From an uncultured Gemmatimonadales bacterium (GTDB lineage Bacteria; Gemmatimonadota; Gemmatimonadetes; Gemmatimonadales; GWC2-71-9), in assembly GCA_963828735.1 (NCBI GenBank), contig CAWHFW010000005.1, positions 672,001 through 736,000 on the forward strand: a DNA stretch of 64,000 nt, written 5' to 3'. Below, one piece after another: positions 9,860 through 19,056 of this stretch. Below the pieces are notes generated by a model, which was given only the letters and a program-made list of their open reading frames with translations, was not told where the DNA came from and made no database searches. The position numbers and the translations under genes are program-made. The stretch's first letter is position 1. Each line of letters opens with the position of its first letter.

Positions 9860-10273
9860 TCAGCCCTCGTTGAATTGTACGAGAACGGGCTTGAGGTCGA
9901 TGACAGGCGTGCCGTCGATCGCTTCGAGCCCCTGCACCTCGAGCACGGCGCTGTCCTTGTCGATCGTCAGAACCGTGACCCGGTGGAGCCCGACCGGATT
10001 GGGCCGATCCGCCGAGCGCGTGGCGAATACGCCGGTTAGCGGTCTCGCAACATCATCGCGCGGGTGGACCGCGAGGGTGTCACGCTCAGCCTCGTGCAGC
10101 CAGGTGAGAACGAAAAGGTCGTCCCCCGGCTCGATCCCGTCGAGGCCCGGAGCGAAAGCGGGCTCGATGCGCACCTGCGCGTTGGGAGCTCCCTCGAATC
10201 CCTGCTTGGGTGCTTCGGCACGGTTGGTCAGGCTCGAGCGCACCCATCCGATCGGTCGGGCCGAATACGTCAT
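9860..10273 (-). CDS. tsaA: TrmO/TsaA family tRNA methyltransferase
   Basis: PIGWVRS, APKQG, GVFATRSADRPNPVGL, IDGTPVIDLKP. Confidence 0.9.
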   Translation of the reverse strand: MTYSARPIGWVRSSLTNRAEAPKQGFEGAPNAQVRIEPAFAPGLDGIEPGDDLFVLTWLHEAERDTLAVHPRDDVARPLTGVFATRSADRPNPVGLHRVTVLTIDKDSAVLEVQGLEAIDGTPVIDLKPVLVQFNEG

Positions 10274-10416
10274 GGACCGTCTCATCGGTCGTCCTTTCGA
10301 GCTCGGCGCATCATCCATCGAGAAGCAACGGCTCAAGCAGTCGCCAGTAATCGGCGATCAGGCCGATGCCGGCGATCTTCCGCCGCGCGAGCGTGAAGCC
10401 GAGCACCACGGGCCCG

Positions 10417-10875
10417 TTACTGCGACACGCCCAGGCGGCCGTCACTGTGGTAGGTGAGAACCTGGTAGACCAGCTGGCGGACCGCCTTTCCGTCCTTCCG
10501 AGCGGGCTCGTACCTGGCTCGCCGGATTTCTGGCAGGACGGCATCCGTCCATTCCGCCGAGGATTCCTCTACCAGCGCGATAGTGCAGCGGTCGACCCAG
10601 CCTGAGGAATCGACGACGAACCGGAGCATCGTGCGACCGGTAAGCACTTCACGCATGCGATAGGGAAGCTCGGGCACCTTCACATAGGGGGCCCTGGCGG
10701 GACGGTCCACCGAGTCGGCTTGATACACCCGCTCGGTGCTGGCCGGGCGCGAGGCGTCGCAGCCGGTCTGCGTCGCGGACAACATCCGCGGCCGGTCGAC
10801 CTCCTGTGCCTGGAGGTCGCGGGGAGCGGCCAGGCAGGCGATCACGACACCGCCGATCCAGCAGCGTGGGGACAT
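10417..10875 (-). CDS. TonB C-terminal domain protein
   Basis: LRFVVDSSGWV, ARYEPARKDGKAVRQLV; N-terminal signal. Confidence 0.75.
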   Translation of the reverse strand: MSPRCWIGGVVIACLAAPRDLQAQEVDRPRMLSATQTGCDASRPASTERVYQADSVDRPARAPYVKVPELPYRMREVLTGRTMLRFVVDSSGWVDRCTIALVEESSAEWTDAVLPEIRRARYEPARKDGKAVRQLVYQVLTYHSDGRLGVSQ

Positions 10876-10927
10876 GCGGTCCCTCAATCAACGGCGACGA
10901 GCGGCCCTGGCTTTCGCAGACTCCGGC

Positions 10928-11257
10928 TCAGCTGGCGCCCGCGACCTGCGTGGAGATCCACCAGGTGTTTCCTGCTGGATCCTTGACGCCGCCACGGCGG
11001 TCGGGGTCGCCCTCTTTCTGCTGGGGCTCCTGGACCGGTACACCACCCAGCGCCACGGCCCGCTGGTAGACCGCGTCCACGTCCGCCACGTACACGTGCA
11101 GCCACGAAGGAAAGGCGGGCCAACCCTCGCTCGCCTCGGCGAGCATGACGACGGAATCGTCGATGCGGAGCTCCGCGTGCATCACGGTGCCGTCGGGCAT
11201 GTCGAATCGCCGCAGCGCGGTTGCACCGAAGGCCTGCTCGAGGACGAAACGGGTCAA
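10928..11257 (-). pseudogene. VOC/PhnB-like protein, apparently 5'-truncated
   Basis: AFGATALRR, MHAELRIDDSVVM, VYVADVD, KDPAGNTWWISTQ; lacks the usual N-terminal (V)SPYL strand; TTG start without RBS. Confidence 0.65.
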
Positions 11258-11291
11258 GCTGGTCCCAGGCCCGCCGTTGTCCGGCGAGGGC

Positions 11292-11672
11292 TCATCGGGC
11301 CGAGGAATCCAGCCACGTCAGCCCTTCATCAGCGGTCCGAAACACCCGGGTGGCTGCGAAGTACTTCTCCGAGAACACCTCGAACATCCGCGACATGCCG
11401 AAGAGCGCCTCCGACGTGGCGATGATCGCGCAATACCGAAAACGAACGCGGGGGAGCACTCGCGCGATCTCGGTCGATACCCTGTTCAGCTCAGCACTCG
11501 TGGGGAGCGTGTTCATGTCGGACAGGTCCAGCAGCACATCGAGCCACTCGGGACACTCGGGGTCTGCACTCAGGATGGCGAAGTGCTCGAGGACTTGTTC
11601 GAGGGGTACCTCGCCCACACACCGGGTGTATACCCGCTGTTGCGCGTGGTTGATCTGATAGGTCACCGCCAT
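11292..11672 (-). CDS. Hypothetical STAS/SpoIIAA-like protein
   Basis: MAVTYQIN, LLDLSD, AIIA, FGMSRMF, VFRTADEGLTWL. Confidence 0.7.
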   Translation of the reverse strand: MAVTYQINHAQQRVYTRCVGEVPLEQVLEHFAILSADPECPEWLDVLLDLSDMNTLPTSAELNRVSTEIARVLPRVRFRYCAIIATSEALFGMSRMFEVFSEKYFAATRVFRTADEGLTWLDSSAR

Positions 11673-11838
11673 GCTTTCCCCGCGTCCGCGGAGCACACTG
11701 CTCCTCGATCTGCCGTAAGTCGGGACGAAGCCGTCGCGAATCCTGCGTGGCGGCGAGACGGAAAGCAAGTCGGGTGCGGCGTTGGAGCCCCGCGCCCGAT
11801 CCCCGAGCGATGCAGGTAGCTACGACGTCGCCGTCGCC

Positions 11839-12186
11839 CTAGCTGACGACCTCGAACGTCCCCTTCACTGGGTGCCATTGGTCCTGGCTCGAGGCGTAGC
11901 CGGCGATCACCTGGGTTGCAAAGTTGAGGGCGACCGTGAGCGTGAACCCCGACGGGGCGAGGTAGGAGACGATGGATACCTCCTTGCTCATCTCGAAGGC
12001 GCCGTAGCGCGGCCGCTCAGGTGGTACCTCGGGCTTGGCAGAAGAGGCTGCATTGGGGTCACGCCATTCGACCGTGCCATCGGGATGAAAGACGTGCTCG
12101 TGCACCAGACCCTTGGTTGGGCCTTCGGTCCAGATGAAGCGGATCGTGGCGCCTTCAATGGCGGGTGCGCGCGGGATGTCGGTCAT
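11839..12186 (-). CDS. MoaF-N/calycin-like hypothetical protein
   Basis: GGAGG RBS; WTEGPTKG, SYLAPSGFTLTVALNF. Confidence 0.65.
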   Translation of the reverse strand: MTDIPRAPAIEGATIRFIWTEGPTKGLVHEHVFHPDGTVEWRDPNAASSAKPEVPPERPRYGAFEMSKEVSIVSYLAPSGFTLTVALNFATQVIAGYASSQDQWHPVKGTFEVVS

Positions 12187-12287
12187 ATTGGTGCCTCCAG
12201 GATCACGGTGGTTCCTTCAGGCCCAGATCGGCGGATTCGAGCGGCGCGTCAAGATCATCACCAAGAGGAGGCGAACCTCGCTCGCGC

Positions 12288-12950
12288 CTATCGCAGCTCG
12301 ACACGACCATGTGGCGTGTCCAGTGTTGCCATCAGTGCCGGCCTCGAGCCCTGAAGCACATGGAGCTCGAGGCCGAGGCGCCGCACGTCCTCACGGATGG
12401 CGGCAGGCTCCGGATGCTCCCCACGCAGATCCAGCAGGTGAACACCGCCAGGCGCTGCCTGTGCGGGATGAGGACTGTCCGCCCAATCGATCAGGAATGG
12501 GACGAGCCCGGATCCCAGGTGCACATCGGGATAGGTGAGCCGCCAGGAGAGCACCCGGCCGCCGCGGAGCTCGCGCCGCCCGGTCCGCACCTCGCCGAGC
12601 GGGAGCCCCGCGCGTCGGGCCGCGGTCGCTCGTCGGTCCAAGTCGGCGCTCTTGGCGGCCCACGCAACGAGGCGGGAGTCGGTGAGCGTGTCCAGCCCGA
12701 ACCATCGAGCGCGGACAGGGAGTGCCTGGCCCGGATCGGGGGCGATCAGCTCCAGATACATGTCGGGACCCAGGCCAAGCAGGGCATTGTGGGTTCCTTC
12801 GCCGGGGTGTCGCCCGCCAGGTACTGGGCGCACTCCCGTCCATGCATGGAAGCGCTCGATCTCTTCGTCGAGATCTCGCCCGCCCCAGACGAGGTGGTCG
12901 ACGGGAGGCAACGCGCCACTTCCGTGATTCAGCAGCGGGACAGCGTCCAT
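12288..12950 (-). CDS. VOC family (Glyoxalase_3-like) protein
   Basis: VDHLV, GGRHPGEGTHNALL, YLELIAPDP, PFLIDW. Confidence 0.88.
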   Translation of the reverse strand: MDAVPLLNHGSGALPPVDHLVWGGRDLDEEIERFHAWTGVRPVPGGRHPGEGTHNALLGLGPDMYLELIAPDPGQALPVRARWFGLDTLTDSRLVAWAAKSADLDRRATAARRAGLPLGEVRTGRRELRGGRVLSWRLTYPDVHLGSGLVPFLIDWADSPHPAQAAPGGVHLLDLRGEHPEPAAIREDVRRLGLELHVLQGSRPALMATLDTPHGRVELR

Positions 12951-13297
12951 TTGTCCTCGGCATGCTCCAGGTGTGGAGCGTTCGACTCGATCATCAGAAA
13001 TCGACTCCGAGTTTTTGCTCGCCTCTTGATCGGCCCCAAACTTCGCTCGGCTCTCGACCGTCGTCAGGTCTCCGGTTGCGCCAGCATGTTGCAACGTGGC
13101 ACGGTGCCGCGAGTCCAGATCGGCGGCCTCCCCATCTGAACTCTAGCGCCGGCCCAGCCGCCGTAGTGCGCGTGTGAAACCTCATGGACCCGCGCGACGT
13201 TTCCATCGAGTATGACCTGATGGCGTCGGCTTGACGCCTCGAGCCTCGCGACCTATCGTCGCCGATTGAGGTCACCTCTTCAACGCAGGAGCACGCC

Positions 13298-13624
13298 ATG
13301 TCCCACGCCACCACCGCCACCAAGATCCGCGTCGGCCTGTATGTCCGCCTCGAGGCGAAGCCCGGACAGGAGAACGCAGTCGCCGCCTTCCTTCAGAGCG
13401 CGCTGCCGCTGGTGGAGCGGGAGCCAGCCACCATGACCTGGTATGCCATGCGGCTCGGCCCGAGCACCTTCGGCATCTACGACACCTTTCCGGATGACCA
13501 GGGACGCGAGGCCCATCTGTCCGGTCAGGTAGCGGCGGCGCTGATGCAGAAAGCCCCCGAGCTGCTCGCGAGCCCTCCGGTCATTCAGAAGATCGACGTG
13601 CTCGCGGCCAAGCTGCCAGACTAG
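13298..13624 (+). CDS. Antibiotic biosynthesis monooxygenase (ABM) family protein
   Basis: AGGAG RBS; LEAKPG, FGIYDTF, REAHL. Confidence 0.88.
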   Translation: MSHATTATKIRVGLYVRLEAKPGQENAVAAFLQSALPLVEREPATMTWYAMRLGPSTFGIYDTFPDDQGREAHLSGQVAAALMQKAPELLASPPVIQKIDVLAAKLPD

Positions 13625-13698
13625 CGGCGCAGATCCGATCGCCCGCCGCCGGCGTTCCTCGGATGGTCGTTCACCCATACGCCATTCGAGGAGCGCGC

Positions 13699-14256
13699 AT
13701 GTCTTCCCGCACGAGACTTCCCGCCGTCATCATAGGCGCCGCCGCACTGGTCCTCCAGGTCATTCTGTCTCCCACTGCCGTCGTGGCGCAGCAGGATTCG
13801 AGCATGATGTCGCACGATTCCGCCATGACCATGCAGAGCGACTCGGCCATGATGCCGCACGATTCGATGAAAATGGATCACCCGCAGACGATGGAGCACG
13901 ATCAGATGGGCGCCGGGAACGGGATGACGTTCACCGGCCTCGGAGGGCAGAAGGCGGCCGGTACGTACGCGCTGACCGAGAGCGGCGGCAAGCGGAATCT
14001 CACGCTGAGCACCGACTTCGTGGTGCCCGCGGCTCCGGACCTCTACCTCGTGCTCGCGAACGATCCTGTCCCCGGCGCTGACGCGCTCTATCTGGGCAAG
14101 CTCAAGAGGGCCACGGGCGCCGAGACCTATGAGCTGCCGAAGGGTAAGGACCTGAGCGGCTACACGACGCTGCTGGTGTGGAGCAAGAAGGAGAAGCGCG
14201 CCGTGGCGAGCGCGGAATGGCACCCGACATCGGGCAAGATGACTGATCATATGTAG
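13699..14256 (+). CDS. Secreted DM13 domain protein with Met/His-rich N-terminal repeats
   Basis: Signal peptide, DS(S/A)M-type repeats, APDLYLVL, LGKLK, LLVW. Confidence 0.8.
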   Translation: MSSRTRLPAVIIGAAALVLQVILSPTAVVAQQDSSMMSHDSAMTMQSDSAMMPHDSMKMDHPQTMEHDQMGAGNGMTFTGLGGQKAAGTYALTESGGKRNLTLSTDFVVPAAPDLYLVLANDPVPGADALYLGKLKRATGAETYELPKGKDLSGYTTLLVWSKKEKRAVASAEWHPTSGKMTDHM

Positions 14257-14336
14257 GACTTCGACCGCTTCGCCGGATGCGGCGCGACACCGCGTCCGGC
14301 GAGGCGGAGATCCCTCGCTTCCTCCCCGCCGCCGCG

Positions 14337-14666
14337 TCACTGGCACGGGTGGATCAGGAAGGTGGGGACCCACTGGGCGATGATAACCAGCACGAACAGG
14401 ACGCTCGTCGCAAGACCGAGAGTGGCCATGAATTCGCCCGACCGCCGGTGCGCACGCCACGCGACCGCCACGCCGATCAGCGCGATGAGCAGAACGGCCG
14501 CGTGCGCGGTATGCTGGGGCAGCATCGTTCCCCTGAGGCACCCCGGTCGCACCAGGAGATAGCCCACTTCCAGTCCGGTGAGCCATGCGGCCGGGGCCAG
14601 GAGCAGACCCACACAGAGTAACAGCACTCGCCCGGGATCCCGAATCTCCGTCCGGGGATCCGTCAT
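14337..14666 (-). CDS. Small membrane protein of the oxidase operon
   Basis: ATGA-coupled to subunit III; three TM segments; APAAW, ends PCQ. Confidence 0.7.
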   Translation of the reverse strand: MTDPRTEIRDPGRVLLLCVGLLLAPAAWLTGLEVGYLLVRPGCLRGTMLPQHTAHAAVLLIALIGVAVAWRAHRRSGEFMATLGLATSVLFVLVIIAQWVPTFLIHPCQ

Positions 14667-15277
14667 CGACCCGCCAGGTACGGCGTAAGGAACGCGATCG
14701 CCGCGAGCGGAATCCATGCGGCGGTCATGAAATACCAGTAGAGCGCGTTGTCGGCGAGCGCCGAGATATCTCGTTGCTCCAGCTTTGGACTGTAGAGGAG
14801 GGCCGTCTGCACCAGGGTCTCGAGCGTCTCGACCAGGAGCAGCGTCGCATGCGACACCAGGATGGCCCAGGCCGCGCTGCCGTACGCGCTGTGATCCCAG
14901 CGCACGTTGAGGGCGGCGAACTCGAAGCCCCGAAGCACGCACATGCCCACGGCCAGGAGCGACACGACGACCATCCCGACCCGCATCGCGCGGAGATCGA
15001 GTCTTCTCGAGGCGCGGTCCACGATGACCATGGGGATGTTGCTCACTACCATGAGCGTGACCTGCGCGAGCATAGGGCCGAGATCCGGTCGCGGCGCGGC
15101 ACTCGGCGCCCACTGGCCGACCGTGACCCGCAGATACAGGTAGCTCATCGCGCAGATCAAGAGCGTCGTGCCCTCGATCACGATGAAGCCCAGGGTGCCC
15201 CACCAGGCCATGCTGCGGTGGCCGAACGTGGTGGTCGGGAGATTGGCCACGCTGCCGACCACGCGCATGCTGCTCAC
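14663..15277 (-). CDS. ctaE: Cytochrome c oxidase subunit III
   Basis: WWGTLGFIVIE, AYGSAAW, LYWYF; GTGA overlap with subunit I. Confidence 0.85.
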   Translation of the reverse strand: MSSMRVVGSVANLPTTTFGHRSMAWWGTLGFIVIEGTTLLICAMSYLYLRVTVGQWAPSAAPRPDLGPMLAQVTLMVVSNIPMVIVDRASRRLDLRAMRVGMVVVSLLAVGMCVLRGFEFAALNVRWDHSAYGSAAWAILVSHATLLLVETLETLVQTALLYSPKLEQRDISALADNALYWYFMTAAWIPLAAIAFLTPYLAGR

Positions 15278-17235
15278 GCTCCGACCTCGAGCGGCGCCTC
15301 GGCCTCGACGCTCACCTGCTCGAGATGGTCCTCGCCGCTCGGCCAGGCCCACCCGAGGAACGCGAGGAAGAGCAGCGGCACGCCGATCACCATGCCCCAC
15401 GGCGTGAAGACGAGCGCGATGAACGTGATGGCCGTGGCCACCGCGCCCAGCAGCGGCCAGACGGTCGGACCCGGATGCCGGTGCCGGCTGTCCGGCTCCG
15501 CGTCGAGGAGCGTCGTGACCAGTACGTCCCGGACATCGGTCCGCAGTCCCGACATGGCCGGCATCCCGTCGGGATTCCGCCAGAGGGGAGCGCGGTCGTC
15601 CACCACGGGGATGAGCGAAAAGTTGTAGGGACGCGGCGGAGAGCTGGTGGCCCACTCGAGCGTGCCGCCGGCCCACGGATCGCTCCCGGCCGCCGCCCCC
15701 GACCGGAGGCTCCGCGCGACGTTGACCAGGAACACGAGGATGCTTCCCGCGATCGTGGCCGCGCCGAGGGTCGCGATCAGGTTGAGATCGCCCCAACCCG
15801 TCTCCGCCAGATACGTGTAGACGCGGCGCGGCATGCCCTCGAGACCGAGCTGGTGCATCGGGAAGAAGGTGACATTCATCCCGACGGCGAAAAGCCAGAA
15901 GTGCCAGCGACCCATCCGCTCGCCCAGCATCTTGCCTGTCAACTTGGGAAACCAGTAATAGATCGCCCCGAACAACGGGAAGACCGCGCCGCCGATAAGC
16001 ACGTAGTGCAGGTGGGCGACGACGAAGTAGGTGTCATGCACCTGCTGGTCGAGCGGCACCGAGGCGACCATCACGCCCGTGAACCCGCCGATGATGAACA
16101 CGACGACGAAACCGAGGACCCACAGGAGGGGCAGGTCGAACCGCGGGCGCCCGGCCCAGATGGTGGCGATCCAGCAGAAGATCTGGATGCCGCTCGGAAT
16201 CGCGATCATGAGGCTCGCGGCGGTGAAGAAGCTCTCGCCGAGCTGTGGCAGGCCGGTCGCGAACATGTGGTGGACCCAGAGGCCGAAGCCCAGCACGCCG
16301 GTGGCGATCAGTGAGAGCACCATAGCGGGATACCCGAACACCGGCCGGCGGGCGAACGTCGCCACGATCGACGACACGAAGCCGAGGGCCGGCACGAAGA
16401 TGATGTACACCTCGGGGTGCCCGAAGAACCAGAACAGATGCTGCCACAGCACCGCGTCGCCGCCGCGGCCCACGTCGAAGAAGTGGGTGTGCACCAGGCG
16501 GTCCATCGCAATGAACTGGCTGGCCGTGGCCACCCACGGCATCGCGAACAGCACCATGAACGACTGCACCACCATCGCCCACACCAGGAGGGGCATCCGG
16601 TCGAGCGTCATGCCGGGCGCCCGGTTCTTGAAGACGGTGACGATGATCTCGACAGCGGCCACGAGGGACGCGATCTCGGTGAACGTGATCGCCTGGGCCC
16701 AGACGTCCACCCGGTGCGTGGGCGAGTACAGCGACTCGGACAGTGGCGCGTAGTTGAACCAGCCGGCGTCGGGGCCGGTATTGAGGAAGAACATGACGTA
16801 GAGGAAGAGGCCGCCGGACAGGTAGACCCAGTAGCCGTACGCGTTGAGCTTGGGGAACGCCACGTTGCGGGCGCCGATCATCAGCGGCACCAGATACAGG
16901 GCGGCCGCGTCCATGACCGGCACGGCGAACATGAACATCATCGTCGTGCCGTGCATGGTGAAGAACTGGTTGTACGCGTCCGGGCCGAGCAGCGTATTCT
17001 CCGGTCGTGCCAGCTGAGCCCGCATGACCGCCGCCTCGAGCCCGCCCAGCAGGAAGAAGACGAACGCGGTGACGGCGTACCGGGTCGCGATCGACTTGTG
17101 GTCCACGCTCCGGATCCAGCCGAGCAGCCCGGGCTGGGGCCGCCAGGTCTCCTCGAGCTGCGCTACGACCTCCGACACCGAGGTCGCGGTGCGGCCGTCC
17201 CGCGGAGGAGTCGTCCCGGCGAGCGTCGCGCTCAC
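15274..17235 (-). CDS. ctaD: Cytochrome c oxidase subunit I (A1 type)
   Basis: DHK, TMHGT, WFFGHPEVY, WVHHMF, HDTYFVVAHLHY, GMPRR. Confidence 0.97.
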   Translation of the reverse strand: MSATLAGTTPPRDGRTATSVSEVVAQLEETWRPQPGLLGWIRSVDHKSIATRYAVTAFVFFLLGGLEAAVMRAQLARPENTLLGPDAYNQFFTMHGTTMMFMFAVPVMDAAALYLVPLMIGARNVAFPKLNAYGYWVYLSGGLFLYVMFFLNTGPDAGWFNYAPLSESLYSPTHRVDVWAQAITFTEIASLVAAVEIIVTVFKNRAPGMTLDRMPLLVWAMVVQSFMVLFAMPWVATASQFIAMDRLVHTHFFDVGRGGDAVLWQHLFWFFGHPEVYIIFVPALGFVSSIVATFARRPVFGYPAMVLSLIATGVLGFGLWVHHMFATGLPQLGESFFTAASLMIAIPSGIQIFCWIATIWAGRPRFDLPLLWVLGFVVVFIIGGFTGVMVASVPLDQQVHDTYFVVAHLHYVLIGGAVFPLFGAIYYWFPKLTGKMLGERMGRWHFWLFAVGMNVTFFPMHQLGLEGMPRRVYTYLAETGWGDLNLIATLGAATIAGSILVFLVNVARSLRSGAAAGSDPWAGGTLEWATSSPPRPYNFSLIPVVDDRAPLWRNPDGMPAMSGLRTDVRDVLVTTLLDAEPDSRHRHPGPTVWPLLGAVATAITFIALVFTPWGMVIGVPLLFLAFLGWAWPSGEDHLEQVSVEAEAPLEVGA

Positions 17236-18266
17236 CGCAAGGTCTCCAGATAGGCCACGAGTGCCTGGAGGTCAGCCGCACTCAATCTGCTCGGCGGCAT
17301 CTTGGCGCCCGGCTTCATGCTCTGGGGATCGAGGATCCAGCCCGCCAGGTTGCCGCGCAGGTTCGGGCGGGTCCCCGCGGCGACGCTCCTCCGCCCGGCC
17401 AGATGGCTCAGCTCGGGTCCGACGCGTCCGCCGGCTGGAGTGCCGGCCACCGCGTGACACAGCGGACACGATCCGCCGAGGAATACGTCTCGGCCACGTT
17501 GCGCCAAGGCATCGCTCGGCAGCGGAGCCGCCTCTCGCTCGCGGGCCAGCCATTGCTCGAAGGCGTCGGCAGGCTCCGCGATCACCAGAAAGGCCATCTT
17601 GGCGTGCTCGGCGCCGCAGAACTCGGCGCACAGGCCGCGATACACACCCGGCCGGTCGGCCTGGAGGCGCAGGGAGGTGATTCGACCCGGGATGAGATCG
17701 CGTTTCCCGCTCAGGCTGGGCGTCCAGAAGCTGTGGATGACGTCGGTCGAGCGGAGCTCGAGAACCACCGGTCGCCCTACCGGCACGTGAATCTCGTTGG
17801 CGGTCGTGACGCGACGCGCAGGCAGCGAGTCGGGGTACTGGACGTCCCACCACCACTGATGACCCGTCACGCGTATGCGGAGCGCGTCCGGAGGCGCGCC
17901 GCTCGCGGCATGGCCGACCGTGCCGTCCATGATCAGCACCGCGAACAGCACGACGACGGTGAGCGCGGTCGCCGCCCCGACGGCCCGCGCCAGACGAGGC
18001 TCGTACGCGACATCGTCGGGGCTCTCACCGGTCGGCCGCCGACGGAAGGCGGCCCCCAGAAGCGCCGCCGTCACCAGCACGAAGGTGACCAGGGCCGCGG
18101 CGAGCATCGGATCCCACAGCCAGTCCTTGATCGCCGCCGCTTGTGGGCCGGCGGGATCGAGCGCCGAGTGCGCGCCGGGAAACTGCGGGGCCTGCAAGAG
18201 CATGACGATCACCATGGGCAAGCCGGCGGCTCGGATGGGCCGGGACTGGAGCGCGTCCGCGAACAT
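17232..18266 (-). CDS. coxB: Cytochrome c oxidase subunit II with fused cytochrome c (caa3 type)
   Basis: QWWW, DVIHSFW, CAEFCGAEHAKM (CuA), CPLCH heme motif; start uncertain. Confidence 0.93.
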   Translation of the reverse strand: MFADALQSRPIRAAGLPMVIVMLLQAPQFPGAHSALDPAGPQAAAIKDWLWDPMLAAALVTFVLVTAALLGAAFRRRPTGESPDDVAYEPRLARAVGAATALTVVVLFAVLIMDGTVGHAASGAPPDALRIRVTGHQWWWDVQYPDSLPARRVTTANEIHVPVGRPVVLELRSTDVIHSFWTPSLSGKRDLIPGRITSLRLQADRPGVYRGLCAEFCGAEHAKMAFLVIAEPADAFEQWLAREREAAPLPSDALAQRGRDVFLGGSCPLCHAVAGTPAGGRVGPELSHLAGRRSVAAGTRPNLRGNLAGWILDPQSMKPGAKMPPSRLSAADLQALVAYLETLR

Positions 18267-18313
18267 CGCGTCGGGACTTGAGCGTCGGCCGCGATGCGGA
18301 TCACACGTGGGCC

Positions 18314-18883
18314 TCAGCGCTTCGAGGCTCGACGACGCGAGCTCGTCGGGCCCGTCTCGGCCTCCCTGGCGCCCTCGACAGGCCGGGCCGGCTCCTGCGG
18401 CAACAGGTCGAGCCCGAAGAGAAAGGCGACGAACGTGGCGACCAGAAGGAGGGTCACCCCGCCCGAGTGGGCCGCGAAGCTGGGGCCGATCATTGCGGCC
18501 GCGTTGGCCAGCAACACCCCGGAGCCTGCGTACACCACACCGAGGTCGACCCAGACGCGCTTCGGCATCGGCCGCCCGGTGGCCTTACGTCGACTCCGGG
18601 GGTAGGTCACGCTGAAGACGAGCGTGGGCACGGCCGTGACGAGACTCGACACTCGGACGACCACCCCGGTCGACGCCCCGAGCAGCCACAGCAACGGTGG
18701 CAGGAGTGAGCCGACGATGACCGTGATGCCCAGGTAGAGGATGTTGTGAATCAGCAGGACGTCGTACTTCGACATCTGCCCGCCGAGCGCCTCCCGAAAG
18801 GTGATGAACACCGTGGAAAAGCCCACGAAGGTCACGGCGACGACGGCAACCGTGTACAGATAGTTCGCGGCGTCGCGCTCCAT
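18314..18883 (-). CDS. Hypothetical membrane protein
   Basis: About five hydrophobic segments; AVTFVGFS, LLPPLL. Confidence 0.7.
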   Translation of the reverse strand: MERDAANYLYTVAVVAVTFVGFSTVFITFREALGGQMSKYDVLLIHNILYLGITVIVGSLLPPLLWLLGASTGVVVRVSSLVTAVPTLVFSVTYPRSRRKATGRPMPKRVWVDLGVVYAGSGVLLANAAAMIGPSFAAHSGGVTLLLVATFVAFLFGLDLLPQEPARPVEGAREAETGPTSSRRRASKR

Positions 18884-19056
18884 GGCCTCGGCCTCGTGGT
18901 GAGAGCTCCGCCGACCCGACGACGGACAGCAGCGCGAACCTAGGCCGTGAAAGGCCCGTGACGATGTGCCTCAGGTCACCCGGCGGGCCGATAGGGAAGC
19001 GCCCAGGGCTCGACACCCTGGGCGCTTCGTAAACGCATGGTTACCAGGTTGGGCTG

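Noticed and set aside
7358..12950. Intact integron cassette array
   Set aside because: No RYYYAAC...GTTRRRY pairs in the spacers and no intI gene.
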